Shown here: in pieces, positions 24,201 to 40,057 of the stretch
How positions within the stretch are numbered: position 1 is the stretch's first letter
Layout: every line of letters begins with the position of its first letter
From: a virus
Lineage: Duplodnaviria; Caudoviricetes
Virus record (IMG/VR): IMGVR_UViG_3300031994_000011
Coordinates: 96,001-160,000 of that record
Length of the DNA: 64,000 bases
Reading direction: 5' to 3' (one strand)
The notes under the pieces: model-generated
The model's database searches: none
Told to the model about the DNA's origin: nothing
Seen by the model: only the letters and a program-made list of their open reading frames with translations
Position numbers and translations under genes: made by a program

Positions 24201-27200
24201 ATTGTGAACCGCCCATTTCACTATCTTTTTTTCCTTTTACGACAAAACTAGCTTTACTTTCTGTCTCTTTATCTTTAACTTGCTAATTTAAATTAGCAAC
24301 TATAGTATTAACTCCTTCTGACATCTATGCTAATGGAGCATTACTCTTTTCTATTTGTTGTGTATCCTTAGGCGAATTTACTGGCTCATTATTATTAGTA
24401 GAAGTATCAGAAGTTACATTAGAAGGATTTTCATTATCACTTTGTTGATATAAATGTGTGATCATTTCTTCTACTGAATGATATATCTAGGTATTAGCTT
24501 GTCCATTCATCCCAAGAACTTGTAAAAAGCTTTGTAACTCAGCAATACTTTTATCTCGTGTAACAGTAGAACCGGTAAAAGACCCATCAGCATTTTGTTT
24601 AAAGCCCCATACAGGAACTTCACCTTCAGTAATAAAATCATTTCTATCATTTTTTTGTATAATAATACTACCATCTGATAAATATGCACTTGTATAAAAA
24701 ACCCCTTCTTTAGCCTTATCAGGGAGAACTTTTATATCTGTGGGATTATCGCCTTGTAAAATATCTGACATATTACCTTGTTTATATTCATAATCATAGG
24801 TAGGTGATTTAACCTAAGGCTACTACTTATTATCACTGTCATTTTTAGTAGGCGGCCCATCTTTTTTATTTGCAAAATATCTTGCATCTGCTGCCCTACG
24901 TGCTGCTCGTAACGCAGCCTATCTTTCAAGTAAACTTTTATTATACTCACTTTGAAATAAGGCTTCCTATCTATCATATCCATTATTACTACCAACTACT
25001 ACACCATTATTAGGTAGAGTTGGATTATCTTCAGAGCCACCGCCATTTTCATCTGATCCATTGCCATTTTCATTTGATTTACCAAAAGCTTGTATGGCTT
25101 CTTCTGCGGCAGCACCTAAATTTAAAATTGCAGCAGCTGTTTCATTAGAAGCCTACGCTAATGTTTTTTCTTGATCACTTACTTGTTTCGCGGCTTCAGT
25201 GATTCCCTAACCAGCATTTTTTGCTCCATCAGCTACGTTATTAAGACCACTATTAGCATCATCCGCGGCATCACCAGTTCCTGCAACTGCATTTTCGGCA
25301 CCAGCAGCTGCTTCTGCCATTGCCTTCTATGCTGCTTCTTTTTCTTTTTGCGCCTCTTCTGCATTTTTACCATCTAATAAAGCCTAAATATAAGCCATAG
25401 CTCCTTCTACTTTAATATTAAACTAAGAAAGCTAAGCATCTGAATAGATCTCTTTAGCCTAATTAATTTGTGTTTTCCATTCTTTTAATGCTATTAATTG
25501 AGATTCAAGTTGCCAATTTTCTGCTTTAATCGCAGCTTGATATGTCTGATCAATAAGAGGATTTATAAGCTTTAAATCATATGGTTGAGGAATTTTCTTT
25601 GGTGGCTATGATGGACTTGATGGTGATGACGGTGAATCATCAACTGTTTTATCGGTAAAGATGTTCGCTCTTGGAACTCCAGTTGGGTTTCTTGGATCAT
25701 AAAATTCACCGGGTAATTCAGAATCTTCACCAAACTTAGGACCTGTAGAAGAATTACCTCCACTATTTTTATCATCATTTTTAAATGCCCATTCTCCAGC
25801 TTCATCTAATTTAGTGTGTATATTAATTGTAAGTTCAGAACTTCCTTTAGCAAGACTCTATATTAACTTTGCATATTTTGCATCTGATTCATCTTTTACA
25901 TGTAATTTTAAATTCCATTCTTTTGTCTCTACACCAGTAAGTCCCTATTTTGCTTTTTCAAACTATTGTTGCGTCATTGGGCTTTTACCATCTTCAACAA
26001 ATTTAAAACCATATTTAACCTAAAAATCTAAATGTTCTTGAGTGGTTTCTCCCCATTGTTTTTCTGCTTCTTCATAAGTTAAATCTTTAATATCTTTTAT
26101 TTGTTTTGATGTCAATGATGCAGCAGAAGTTTTATCTAGTGTATATATAGTCTTAATCCCTGTCTTTATAAGCCATATTTGATAATCATGTTCATTAAAT
26201 TCTGGTACTTTTCCTTCTCCATATTGCTCTAACATTGCTTTATCATATAATTGTCTCCAAGTATCATTTATATCGGAACTATAATTTTTTCCATCTGCGC
26301 TATATTGTACACCATTTTTAGGGTCTACACGCATATTATATTGAATACCAGTTTTCGTTGTTAAAGTTATAGTAGTAGCTTGTGTTTTTATATCATAATG
26401 ATAACCATATTTTTCTAAATCTTTAATAAAGGGATATTGCTATACTATCATCTGAGCATTTATAGCCGCCTGCACTTCATCTTTATTACTATAAGAAAAA
26501 GTCTTCCCACCAATAGTAACTTTACCATCTTTACCAAATAAAACTGTTGTACCTTCATGAATAACAAGAGTCCTTCCATCACCAAGATTAATATCAGCAG
26601 TTAATTTACTTTCTTTAGCAATTTGTTTAATTGTCCTTATTAAATTCTCTGTACTATAATCACCAGATATTGCCATCTGATATAAACTATTAACAAAAGC
26701 AGTATATGTTTCAGGAGATAAATTACCTTTTTCAAAAACTTCTTCATAAGCACTTTGAAGTTTATCAGCATCTCCACCCGCTGCTTCTATCATCTTATAT
26801 AATGAAACACCCTAAATTGATAAAGCCTTTAAACTTTTTTCCAAATCTTTATTTGTTTTTGCCATTGCTATAATTTCTTGCGCAGCATCTTTATATGGCT
26901 GTTGAAATTGATATTTACCATCAAGTTTAATAGGATTACCGTTATCATCAGTCATAAAAATCTCTGGCAATTCAATTATAACATCATCTGTAGTAACACT
27001 TCCTAATTTTTCCATAGCAACAACAGATTCCAATAGAAGTATCATACCATCAATCATTTCTATTTGAGAAGTCGCCATTGCTTTAAGTGCTTCATGGAAA
27101 TTGGTACTCATATCTGCGGCTCCACCCTACATTTGAAGACCAATTTTACCCATATTAACCATAGCGCCCTAACCATCAATATTTATTAAATTGCTAAAAG

Positions 27201-30200
27201 CCTAATTTATTAGTCGCGCGGCACCATCAGTATCCTTAGCAATCTAATATCCATAAAACATTAATGGCTAACCAGTAATAGTAGCTAAATTTTGGAACTA
27301 ATTAACTAAATTATAAAAGTCATCAACTGCCATTAAATGATAGCCAGTAGCATTTACTAAATCTTCTGGTTTAGTCGAAGTAATTTTTTTACCAGTAGCA
27401 TTATCAAAATATGTAAGCGTCATAGCCTAGTTCATTACTTTATAAGCTTTTCCAATAGAATTTATATAATTTAAAGGCCCTTGTAAATATTCAGGCAATT
27501 TTCTATTCATAAAATCATATTGTTCGGCCTATTGCATTTGAGCCTAAGCAATCTCTTTATAAATACTAAGTCTTTCTCTTAATGCTTGATTATCAGGACC
27601 ATTACTTAATTGCTATTGTAGCGCAGCTATATTAGCCATAGTCTTAGAAATATTCTAGCAGTCCTATCCAGCACCCTATAATGAATCTTTTAATGCTTCA
27701 AATGTTATTTCTGCGGCAACAGTGTCAACATCTTTTAATGCGGTATATAAAGCAATTGCTGCCTAAGTATTTAATTTAATACCATCGAGCGTCATAGAAA
27801 ATGCTGCCTAATTTAGCTATATACCAAGAACATTTTTAGCGAAATCTTGTAATTTTAATTTACCAACATTATCTAAACTACCTTTCAATCCATTAGCTAT
27901 AATATCTGCAAAATTTTTAAATAACTAACTAATTGCATCAGCTAATTCTGCAAGATCTTCTGAAAGCATTAAACTTCCCTATTCAGCAGCATTATAAATT
28001 GTTTGCATTATACCAACAATATTAGCGCCTTCTACTGTTTTTAATATACCATTCTATACATAACCACCATATTGTTTTAATTGATCATTTAATTGTTTTA
28101 TTGAACCTGGTATACTTTGAAGTCCTTTTAATTCTTGTGTATATTGATTCATCCATTTTTGATATTCAACAGAGTCTACTTTATCTTTATTCTCCTCTAA
28201 TGCAGCTATCATTTTAATAAGTTTTTGCTATCTCTAAGTAGTATAATCACTTTCTTTTCTTCCTAGTTCGCTCCATAAATCCGTAACATCAAGCCATTCT
28301 CCGCCAGTTAAGCCACTTAATCCTTCAACTTCCTATCCAATATTTCTCGTTATTTTATTATTTAAATCAACCATGGCTTGATTATATGTTTTCAATGCAT
28401 CAATATATTGTGGACTTCCTGCCTTCCAACCCATCATATTCGCAAAGGCGTTAAAATCAGTTATTCTTAATTTATCTCCGCCTAATAATTCTATAATATT
28501 GGATGCATCTAAAGCATCAACTAATTCCTCAGAAAGCATTATTCCTTGTTTTGTAAGTATCTAAGCAAAAGTATCAAAAGTCATATTAGAAGCATCGCCT
28601 AAAGCATCAATAACAACTTGCTATTTATCTCTTACACTTAAAGTTTTTGCAGCAACACTATTTATTTCTTCTAAAGTCGCATGACCGCTTGTAGTAATTT
28701 TATCTAATGCATAAGCATAAGCTTCATATAAATTATTTATTGATGTAACTACATATTGCCCTTCAGCAATAAGACTAACCGCGCCCGCGCCAGAAACACT
28801 TATTATTTCTGCAGTCGTAGCGTCAATGATACTTCCTGGTGCTGAACCTAATTGCTATAAAGCATTTATATATCTGTCAACCGAACTACGATATAAAGTA
28901 GTTATATTTTCAGCAGTTAAATCAACGCCACCATAATCAGCAATCATTTGCATCATTGCTATTGCATCTGCACCGCCAGATGTAATAATATCAAAAAATT
29001 CACTAAAAGAATCAAATTCGTTAGGAAGTTTTCCTCCTAAAGATTCAACATTTTTCTAAAAATCTTCATATGCTTTTTTTAGAGTTTTATATTGCTAAGA
29101 ACTCCTATCTATAATAGCAGTGCCATCTCCTTTTAATACATAAGGAATATTATCTGCCCATGCCATTACAGCATCTATAAAAGTAGATGAAATTTCTTTA
29201 TATCTTTCTTCAAGTATTTTTTTAATTTGAGCGGTAGAGCGTTGTCCAGAAGTTAATAAATTCATCAAGCCCTATGTTCCACGATATGTTCCATCATCAT
29301 TCTTCTATAAAAGTTCAATAACTTGATCCATTGTTTTTCCATAATGAAGCGCAATTGAAGCAATAGCTTGCTCGTCTAAAGCATTCATATTTGGAATTAA
29401 ATCAGTCATAAAACTATCATAAGAATTTGTTCTCTGATTAGCTAAATAATTAGCATAATAATCCATATATTCTTTACTGTCTTTAGCAAGATTAGAACCA
29501 AAATTGCTCATAAATTCATTCCAATCAGTAATAATATATGAATCTACTCCAGTTCTCTTTAAAAATTTACTTCCTTCCTAAGTTAAATTACCAGCTTCTG
29601 TTAAATAATCACTTAATTGTTTATTTTGAGCAGTAACAAAAGTAGAAATAGCATCTAAATTTAAAGAATCTGCATAACTTAAAAATTCTAATGAACTACT
29701 ATCTTGTAGATTATTATTTTTTATTAAATTAGCATAACTATCATTTAATGTACTTAATCCAATAGTTCCATTATTAAATGCTTCTTCTACTGTATAATAT
29801 ATATAACTTGCTGCCTGTATAAACTCTTCAGCATCATCAATAACAATTTGCCCATTAGTATTTAATTCATTCGCCCAATCTTGATTAAGAGTGGCTAATA
29901 TATTAGCAGTATCACCAGCAATAGTCATTTTACCAGAAAAAGAAGATAAATCACTAACTGCATTTGTCATAATAGAATTAAGCTGTTGATTAATTGCACT
30001 ATTTATTATACGGTAAGTGTTATCATCTATTTTTTCATCTTCATGTTGTTTACTATAAAAAGATTGTAATGTTGTTAATACACCAATAATATTATTACCA
30101 GCAACTGTTAAAACACCATTTTGTATTGTTGCCATAGACCCCATTAATTGAGCATTTAAACTATTTAAGTCTTCATTACTTAATTTAGAAGTTAAATAAC

Positions 30201-33200
30201 TAAGATTAAATTGTTTTCCCACAGAAAAATCTTTTAAAGACTCAATTTCACTTTGAATATTAGATTGAACATTTTCACGAAATTCAATCATAGAGCTTCT
30301 ATAGGAACTAATTTCATTTAAATACGCATCTGAAGTTTTATCCCAACCAAAAGAATCAGCTAATACATTCTAATCTAAGAAACGAATCTAACCATTTCCA
30401 GTTATCTAAGCATAGCCACCAGCAATCCATTGTTCGACAGTACTAACAAACTATTCTGCATGCCCATAAGTCTCAAATAAACCAGATAAATCTGTTAAAG
30501 ACATAGAACTCATTTTTCCAACATATGCCTAACCAATTTTTCCAACATCTCTAACATACGCAGACTGTAAATATTCTACACCAGTATTTAAAATATCTTC
30601 TGGAGCAGCGATACCTTTTACAAGACTATCATGATAAGCTTTAAGTGCTGCAGTAGTATCTCCAACTTTTAAAAGAATATTATTATTATCAACTATATAA
30701 CCAAGATCGCTATGCGCTTTTAAAAATGCTGCTGCATCAGCGTCAAGAAGCTGACCCTAAAAACCACGAATTGCCTAAAGCATTCCTTCTGTTGAAGCAT
30801 ATAAATATTTTTTTCTTTGCTAACTTGTTAAAGTAATTCCTTGACGTTTAGCCCATTTCTATGCTAAATTTAATTTTTCAATTCCATTTTCACCTTGAAG
30901 TATTTTTAACTATTCTTCTACAGTACTATTTATCTACTAAGACGACATTGTAGTAACCTTACGATAATACTACGTCATTGCCTACTTTAAAACTTTAACA
31001 TCTTTTTGAGTTCTATCAGAATCCATAAATCCTTCTATATCTACTTTTTGAGCTAAAGTTTGTTTTGTTAAATTATCAAAAATAATTGCAGTCTAACTCG
31101 TCCAAAGTCCGGCTTCTCTTAATTGATTCTATTGAGCTTCTAAATAATTTAAATATGCTTCTTGTTTTAATTGAAAACTATTGGTTAAACTGTCCCATTC
31201 AAACAAATCGCCAAAATTACTTGCTTCTTCTTTACCACTAAGTTTCATTAATTTATTATATTTCAACATAAAATCTGACATTTCAGAAGTTTCCATTGTA
31301 CCCTAGGTTAATAATGAGGTTGCAGAGCTTACATCAGATAAAAGCTAATCAACTTGTGAAAAAATACTTTCTTGGGCTTCTTTTGTAATACTTATACCAT
31401 ATTTTTCTTTTAATGCTTTTATTTTTTCTAAAGTAATTGAAAAATTTCCATTACCTTCATCAGTAAAATACTACGCAACTTCTTCTTCTGAAAGATTAAA
31501 AATCTTCATTATATTGCCAATATCATCGACAGTTAAATTATTTCTATTTTCTATTAATCCCTAAAGAAGAGTTTCTTTTGATTTCTAAAATTTATTTTTT
31601 TGACTGGCGACCCAAGCATCAATATACTAAGAAGTTTGTTTATCTACATCTCGGACCATTGTACTAACAAAATGTTCAAAATTGTTTATTTCATAAGTTC
31701 TATATCCAGTTCTTGTAAAGTATTGTTGTCCTAATTCAGTTAATTCACCAGTTTCAGTATTTATATAATCTTCTACTTTTGCACCAATTGTAGTTAAAAA
31801 TTCATTTATATTATCTATTGTAATATCAGATGTAGAGACTAAATTTAGCGCTGCAATAGGACGATTATTGTTAGCTTTTATTTTTGACACGGCGAAATCA
31901 TTTAATGATTTTAAACTAACAGTTCCCTATTTATAGCCTTCTTGGGCAGATTTATATAAGCCATTAACTGCATCTAAATAATCTTGTGCAGTTCTAAGAG
32001 TAACTTGACCAGTTTGTTTATATTCATTTGAAAATTTAGTATTAATTTGAGATAAAAGTCCAGCTTGTTCATCTGTAAAAACTTTTGTCTATCCAGTATA
32101 CTATCCAATTTCTCCAAACAAAGATGAATAAATATTTGTTATTTGTTCATCAATAATTCTTACAACATTCATCCAAGTAGCTTTATCTTCAGTAATAATA
32201 CCAGCATCCATTGCATCTAAAATTACATTCCTTAAACCGCCTAGACTTTCAACTAAACTATCACCAGTATAGGTAAGAATACCATCCTTTATTGAAATGC
32301 CATATGATTCTAAATATTCATTAATTGTACTTAATGCATCAGTTCCATCAGTAAAATCAATATTCCTAAAAGCGGCTTCCATAAAAGCAACATTAGCTTT
32401 ACCTTTTGTGGCTAAATCTTTAAGCCCATTAGCCTATTGCTATAATTGAGTTTGTACTGTAGTTGCCGTTTGAATTTCAGAATCAATAAAATTAGAAAGA
32501 GCCAAATTATATTCATTTGATGTGGTATCCCAATTAAATTTAGACGCTAAATCAGAAATCGCTTCAGCAGAAAAATTTAAGTTATCGTTTGGATTAATTG
32601 TAATGCCACTGTTACTTATTTGATTATTAATCCATTTTGTAGCTTCATTCTCATCCCAACCAGCTTCTATGAACATCGCAGATACATCTTCAGCACTAAT
32701 ATCATTTAATTGAGATATATAATTAGCACCCTTTTTAGTAAAAGGATTATTTTCAGCAATTATAGCTTTCATAGCTACAGAATACTTCTAAGTTACTGAA
32801 GCTTCCATATTCATTAATTGCTCATGATAAGCTTTCGCCGCGGCCGCTGTATTTCCGATACCTTTAATTACATTACCTTCAATTGTATATCCATAATCTT
32901 TTAAAAATTTTGCCGCCTAATCAGTAACTACGTCTCCAACATGAGCGTCAAGAGCATCTAATAAGCCATTAATATTTTTAAAATATAAACTTTCTATATC
33001 TTCAACCGTAAAAGTAACTCCGCGTCTATTTGCCCAATCTCTACCAACTCTAACTGCATCAGCTCCGCCCTTTTTAATAGCATCTATATCAGCTTGTACT
33101 GCCGCACGAGCAGCACTTTCAGTATAACCCAGTGCGCCAATATAATACTAATACATGGCATCAGTTAAAATTGTCTAATCTTTTGTTGTTTTTGCAGATT

Positions 33201-36200
33201 CCAAATATGCCTCTATATCTACTCTACTTGCTAAATATTTTTGTTTCTATGCTAATAACATTTTTGTAACAAGTTCTTTAGAATAACCCAATGTATATAA
33301 ATAGTCTTGTAAAGTACTCATATATGAAGAAAAAACTTCAGGAGATAATTGTAAAGATTTAGTATTTTGATCAAAAATGAAAACTTGATCAAAACTTTTA
33401 GTCTCGCTTTCTTTTCCCATCTATTCCATTATAGTTTTATATTTTTCATAAAAATTTCTAGCCTATGAAAAATCAGTAGTACCTTCTGAGACTAATGACA
33501 TAGCATCTGAAGCAGACTCCATTGAAGCATCTATAATATCATATATTAAATTTTCAGTTTTCTAAGACAAATCTTTTTTATATCTTCTAATTAAATCAAC
33601 TAATGAAGATGTTTTTATTGTATAAGTTCCATCACCATTATTTATAAAAGCGTTTTCTGGTACTTCTAAAACATTTTTTAAATATTCAACTTGCTATTCA
33701 GATAATGAATCATAATTTTGAATTGCTTCGGCAATAGCTTTTTCTTTACTTTGTTCATATTTATTTGTTTTAAAAGAAGCAATAACTTTTGATCGTTGCT
33801 AATCGGTAAGTGTTATCTTCCATTGTTTTTCCATCTACGCAATAAAAGCATTCCAATCCTATCCAATAAACTCATAAAGCCCGGTAATTTCATCCATTTT
33901 AAAATAGCTTGGAAATTCTTTCATAAATGTCTCTACGTCTTTTCCAAGTGTTTTAGCTAAATCAGACATAGTGGCTCTAGAAATTTCTTTATAATTATTT
34001 CCAATGGTAGAAAGAATATCTGGTTTAGAAACTTGAAATTCTTTATTATGTAAATCATCTAATAACTTTCGTTTATCACCTAATAATAAATTTGATCCAC
34101 TAATTTTATTTCTTAACCATTCATAATCCCTATTAAGTTTATTCCAATCTATAAGCATAGACTATCCACTAGTTAATTTATCTAATGGAATATTTGTTAA
34201 TTTATGAATAAGATCTTTATTATCTTCACTAATTGTAATTAATTGTGGTCCTTCATCAATAGATTTTATCGCGGCATCATATACAGAAGTCTAAGTCTTC
34301 TTATAGGCTTCCCATATCGCTACAGCCCAACCTTTAAGCTAATCTGGAAGATCAGAGAAATTGCCTTGTTTAATTTGGGCTAAATATTCTTTTTCAGATT
34401 TTCCCCAATCATCAATTGATTTAGGATCAATTGTCTTAGCTATATCTTTTAATGCTGATATTGCCTCTAAATAATTTCCTACGTTAATTAAGCTAGTAAC
34501 ATATGGAGTTAATAAACTATTTAATACTTCTTTAGCATTCTAATTCTGAAGCTATAATTGTTTTATTGCGTATTCAACAAAACTATTGTCATAACTAGCT
34601 TTTTCAGTAGTACTCAATCTTTCCCAAGCATCAAAATATGTCTCATAATATTGAACCATTAGTAAAGCAGTAGATTCGTCAAGTTCTTTTTGAGTTTTCT
34701 ATTTATATTCTTTTTGTAATATTTTTACTTTTTCAGTATTAGAAGCAGTTTTCCATGTAACCTATTTTCCTTTTTCAAACGTATATTTTTGATCTTTAGG
34801 TAAATTAAATTTATCAAAATTTCCTATAGCGGTTTTAGCATCTTCAAAATCTTCATTTAATTCAGCTAAAAAATCTTGTCTATAAGTAATATATTTTTCT
34901 TTTAATTTGCTCCAATCATTAATATAATATTTTCCACCAATATTAGTAAAATCTTCTTTTAAACTTAATCCTAAAGTCTAAGCTAATTTAGAAGCATCCT
35001 AAATCTACATGCCTTTTTCGACTTTAGACATAATATCCTAAAAATCTTCTAGCTGCTTTAATGTTTTTGTAGTCAACGAAGAAAATTCAGTTATTAAATT
35101 CATAGGCATCCTATCAATTATTGCAAGAATCTCTGATTCGCAACTAAAACCTAAATCAGATAGATTATCTCCTAACTAATATAACCCAGAAATAGTTCCA
35201 TCCCAACCATAAAAATATGACTATGCTTGCTATCTTTTAGCTAAATCAGTCTATGCAGATAATTTTTTACCAATTGATAAATAAAGTTTCAATATCTATG
35301 AACCAGTCTTCTAAGTAATATTACCTGAATTTATTAAATTCTATAACATATCATAAAATTCATTTATAGCATTTAATTCATTTGAACCTAAATTTTGTAA
35401 AAAGGTACCAGATTTATCTGCTATTTGTGCCTTTATTGTTCCTAATAATGTATCAGCTCCTTTTATTGTAGTATTATATCCATCTTTATTTCTATATCTA
35501 TTAATAAAAGAAGCCTTTACAGTATCTTCTATGGTTCCATAACTATATTGATTACTATATAATGCATTTAATACAGCTGCTTGATTTTCTCCAACAATTC
35601 CAATAGATTCTAATTCCTTACCGAACTGTTGTCTACTTAAAATATTTACTTTTTTTGTTAAAGAATTAAAATTATTTTTTTGGCTGGGAGTGAAATTTGT
35701 CCAAGTAGTCGTCCAAAAATTTTTTATCGTTTCAAGCTATCGTGAAAGATCTTTATCAACAAATTCATTAAACTATTTTGTAGTTATCATTCCATCATCA
35801 TTATATTTTTCTTTTATCCTAGCTATTATTTGTTCACTAATTATATTCTAAACATTACTAAATCCTTCTAAAGTAGTATTTTTTACACCAATTAAAGAAG
35901 AACCAACAACAGTACTAACACCACTTCGTAATCCAGACTAAGATAAAACTTTAGAATTTAAATAATCTTTATATTCTTTAATATAATTATTTACTTGTTC
36001 TAGAAAAAATTTACCTAACGAAGTATCCTAATTTTGTTTAAGCCAATCATATATTTCTACTATCTCATGATCATTTGTTACATCTTTATCTGACATTAAT
36101 TCAATCATTCGAGCATATAACGTTTCATATCTTCCACCATATTTTTTATAGAATAGTAAAGAATTATTAAAATTGCTATCCAGACCGCCATATGCTAAAT

Positions 36201-39200
36201 CACGAAAGTCATTAGAACCAAAAAAAGATGGACTAGTTCCATCTAATAAATTTGCTTTTATAGTACCTTCTAACTATGGTGTATATACTCCTGCTAATTG
36301 TGCGGCTTCTAATGCTTTCCGTATAATAAGTTGCTAATAATTAGGAATTGCACCTCGTAAAACTGCAGAAGCATTAAGTTCATAAAACTATTTTTGATCT
36401 TTACCAGCCAACCCTTTAAACTATTTAAATGAAGCTATTCCCATATATTGTTCTATAAATTTTTCTCTTTCAACACCAGTGAATCCACTAGCATCAGCAA
36501 CTCTCTAGGCGATTATACGTAATTTAGTATCATCTGTAAATTTTGGTACAGTGCCCTACATTTCTTTCTATTCATGCTATTCAGAAGCTCTTAATTTTTC
36601 ATACTATTTTTTAGCTGCCTATTTTGCCTTATCTACACTCTATTGTCTTACATTATTTAATTGTGCCTAAGCAGCAATTAAATCAACAGTAACATTTCCA
36701 GCTGAATCCATATAAGATATTAATTCAGGATAAGTTTGCGCTAATTTATTCGCGGCTGTATAATACTGCTACTAAGCCTAAACACTATCATATCTAGCTG
36801 CCTATAATTTTTTAAGAGAAGCTATTTGATCTGCTAAACTTTTAGCCTAATTTTTCTTTTGTAAAGATTCATTATTTGCTTGAGCAGCCTACTATGATAA
36901 ACGTTTCATTTTTTCTGTATACGGCTAAACAATTTTAGTCCAATTAGAAACAACACCAGTAATAAGACCTAATCCAGCGCCAATCGCTGCACCCCATGGT
37001 CCTCCCATTGCCAATCCCATCGAAGCATATGTCGCAGTAGAAGCAGCAATACTAAGTCCTGCTTGTGCCTTAGGATTTTTTACCATAGTACTCGCAGCAG
37101 AGAGCGCTAGACCAGCTACACTTAATCCAGTACGCCAGCCAACTTCATGCTGCGTCATATTTTGACCAATTCGACTATTATTAACTTTATTACGAGCTCT
37201 ACTAAGAATACCTCCACTTGCACGAGTAGCACTTCCACCGGTAGCTGCCGAATTCATTTGCCCCTATGCCTGTTGTCGGCTTGCTACTATTTCTCTATCT
37301 TGTGCTTTATATTGCTCAGTTTCTTGCTGACGTCCTGCAACTCTTTCTTGCACACCAGCTTGAGAAACTGCTCTTAAATATGCTCTAATTTCCTATATAA
37401 ATGAATGAATTTTAACTTTTATACCATTAAAAACTAAATTTACAATATTAGCAACATTATAAAAAGCTTTACCCATAGCTGCAATTGCAGATACAGGAAG
37501 ACCAAATACTGTAGTCATACTAGATAAAGATTTTACAATAGAATTTTCAAAATCTAAAAATCCTTTATATAAATTTTGTACTCCGCTTTCAGTATAAAGT
37601 GACTGTAAACTAGTTTGTAATTGCTGTACTTTTGCATCCACACTATCTAATGTTTTAAGATATTGTAACTGAGAAGCATCCTAACTATTATTTGCTATCT
37701 AAGTCAATTCTTTTAATCTGTCATAACTAGAAACCAATGCCAAGAAACGAGATTGCTGTCTATTACCAGCCATAATAGTAGCAATATAACGTTGCGTATT
37801 GGTATCAATAGTATCCCACTTTTCAGCTAATTCCATAATGACATCATCAAAATCACGAAATTGACCCTATGTATCATGAATAGTAATACCAACACTTTGT
37901 AATGCCTTATCAACTCTATTAAGACTCATTTCCTATCCTTCACTATCTTTTAATAAAGTAGGATCACTGGTCATTTCACCATAACGAGAAATAATAGATT
38001 TCATAGCACTACCAATGTTTTCAGCAGACTCACGGGTAGCTTCAATCATAACCGCCATCATAGCAGTAGTATTTTGGAAACTAGAACCTACCGCTTGAGC
38101 AGAAGAAGCTGTTTTACTCATAGCAGTAGCTAATTCTGAAACACTTGTAGCAGAACTTGCGGCGACGGCAGAGTAAGCATCTACGACTTGCTGTGCATCT
38201 GTCATTTCCATTTTAAATGAGCGCACAGCATTAGTCATATAATTAGTTGCAGCAGTATAATCTAAACCAGAAATACGAGACATCTTTAAAGTTTGCTCAG
38301 TTAAAGCCATAACATCAGCCATTTGCAAACCTTGCTGATAATATAACTGAGAAACTTTATATACACCAGATATAGAGGCCGCATATTTTGTCGCCATATC
38401 TGTATATTTATCCATTTGGCCCCATAAATCATTCTGATCCATATCAGTGACAATAGCAATTTCTGTTATTGTCTTATCTAACTATTTTACCGTAGAAATT
38501 ACACTTCTAATAGCTTGTCCAATTTTTCTAACAACAGTATATACACTAAACCATCTCTGAACAACACCTTGGATTTTTCCAACCATTTGTTCAGCTGCCT
38601 GAGCTCTTGCTAACTAAGCATTATATTCTCTAACTCGTTCGACAGGTATTGATGAATTAGCTGGATTATTTCCTCCACTTTTACCTAAACCTTTTGTTGA
38701 GTTTAATCCTTTATCTTGTGCTGCTTTTAATGCACTCTATAATTGAGTAACTCTATTATTTAAATCATTATTTTTACCTTGAAGAATTGTAATTTGATCT
38801 TGTAAAGCTTTTGTTGCATTTTCAATATCTGTTGCCGTTTGTTTCTCGGCTGCTAAATTATTTTGTGCTACATTTTGCCCTTGAGTTGCGGCAGCAAGCT
38901 ATGATTTACGTTTATTAACAACTGCAGTTATTTCATTATAAGCAGACTATAAACGTGTAATAACAACTTGTGCAGCTTGCTAAATATTACCAACATCTAG
39001 AAAATTTAAAGCATTTGTAGCCATTGTAGAAGTCAATCCAAATTTACTATCTGTTACGCTATTTTGTATTGCTTCTCTTAAATTATATATTATATTCTCT
39101 AAATCAAAATTTTTTAAAAGAGCGTCTCCAGTTAAATTAAAAGATCCTTTTCCAAACTATCCAAATAACGTACTATAAATATTTTGTGCAGATCCTTGAC

Positions 39201-40032
39201 CTGTTCCTTTTAACTAAGTTTGTAAAGTATTTTTTAAAATCTATATATGTGATTTTAACGTCTATGGTGTTAATCCACCCATAAAATTAGTTAATAACTA
39301 TTGCTGCCTATCAGTATTTCCAACTAATAATTTACTTAATCCAGATCCAACCATCGTCTGAATTTCTTCCATAGCTTTTTTATAACTGGCAGCAGCTCTT
39401 TCTACATTTTCTTGTAATGCCAAATTATTATCTTGTTTGGCTACTGCTGCGGCTTCAGCTTTCTATCGTCTATTTACATCAGCTTCAGCTTGCTTTAATT
39501 CTTTTTCTAAATTAGCAATTTTTTGCGCGGACTACTCAGCTTTAGTTCCTAATGCTGCGAGCATTTCTTGTGCAGTAGTAGTATCACCAATATTAAAGTT
39601 AATTTTCTTAAAACTATCAGCTAAATCTCCACCTGACTGAACGCCCTCTCTAATTGTCTTATCTATAAATTCATCAGCTTTTACTTTAGCTTCTTCTAAA
39701 TCTTTAACTATTGTTTTAAGGCCTTCACCAAAAGCAGACTATTTTAAATCCGGTAATTTCAATTGTTGGAATAACTAACCAATATTTGCAAGTCTTTGTC
39801 CCATTAAATCATATTTTTGAACAATACTCTATATTTGACTATTACTAGAAGCTTTCGGCATGGGATTTTTAGCTAATCGTTTTAAATCTCCTTCTGCTCC
39901 TTGAATTGCTTTAGTTAATTTTTTACCAATAATTGATCCTGCATCAACATTCTATAATGCACTTTTAAATTTCTATATACTAGCCTAATATCCACTTATT
40001 TTAGCAGTCATATCTAAAGTAATATTAGCCAT
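21298..40032 (-). CDS. Tape measure protein, ~6,244 aa, TAG-recoded
   Basis: TP901-type TMP core (AMSKTASSA, ESAENIGSAMKSIISR, GQFRDFDDV, AGNRQQSRF) and C-terminal G[TAG]LGPEL. 14 ORF-track fragments from 24487 to 38442 share the frame of ATG 40032 and TAA 21298. Confidence 0.85.
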
Positions 40033-40057
40033 TTATTCTCACACTCCTTTTACACAT

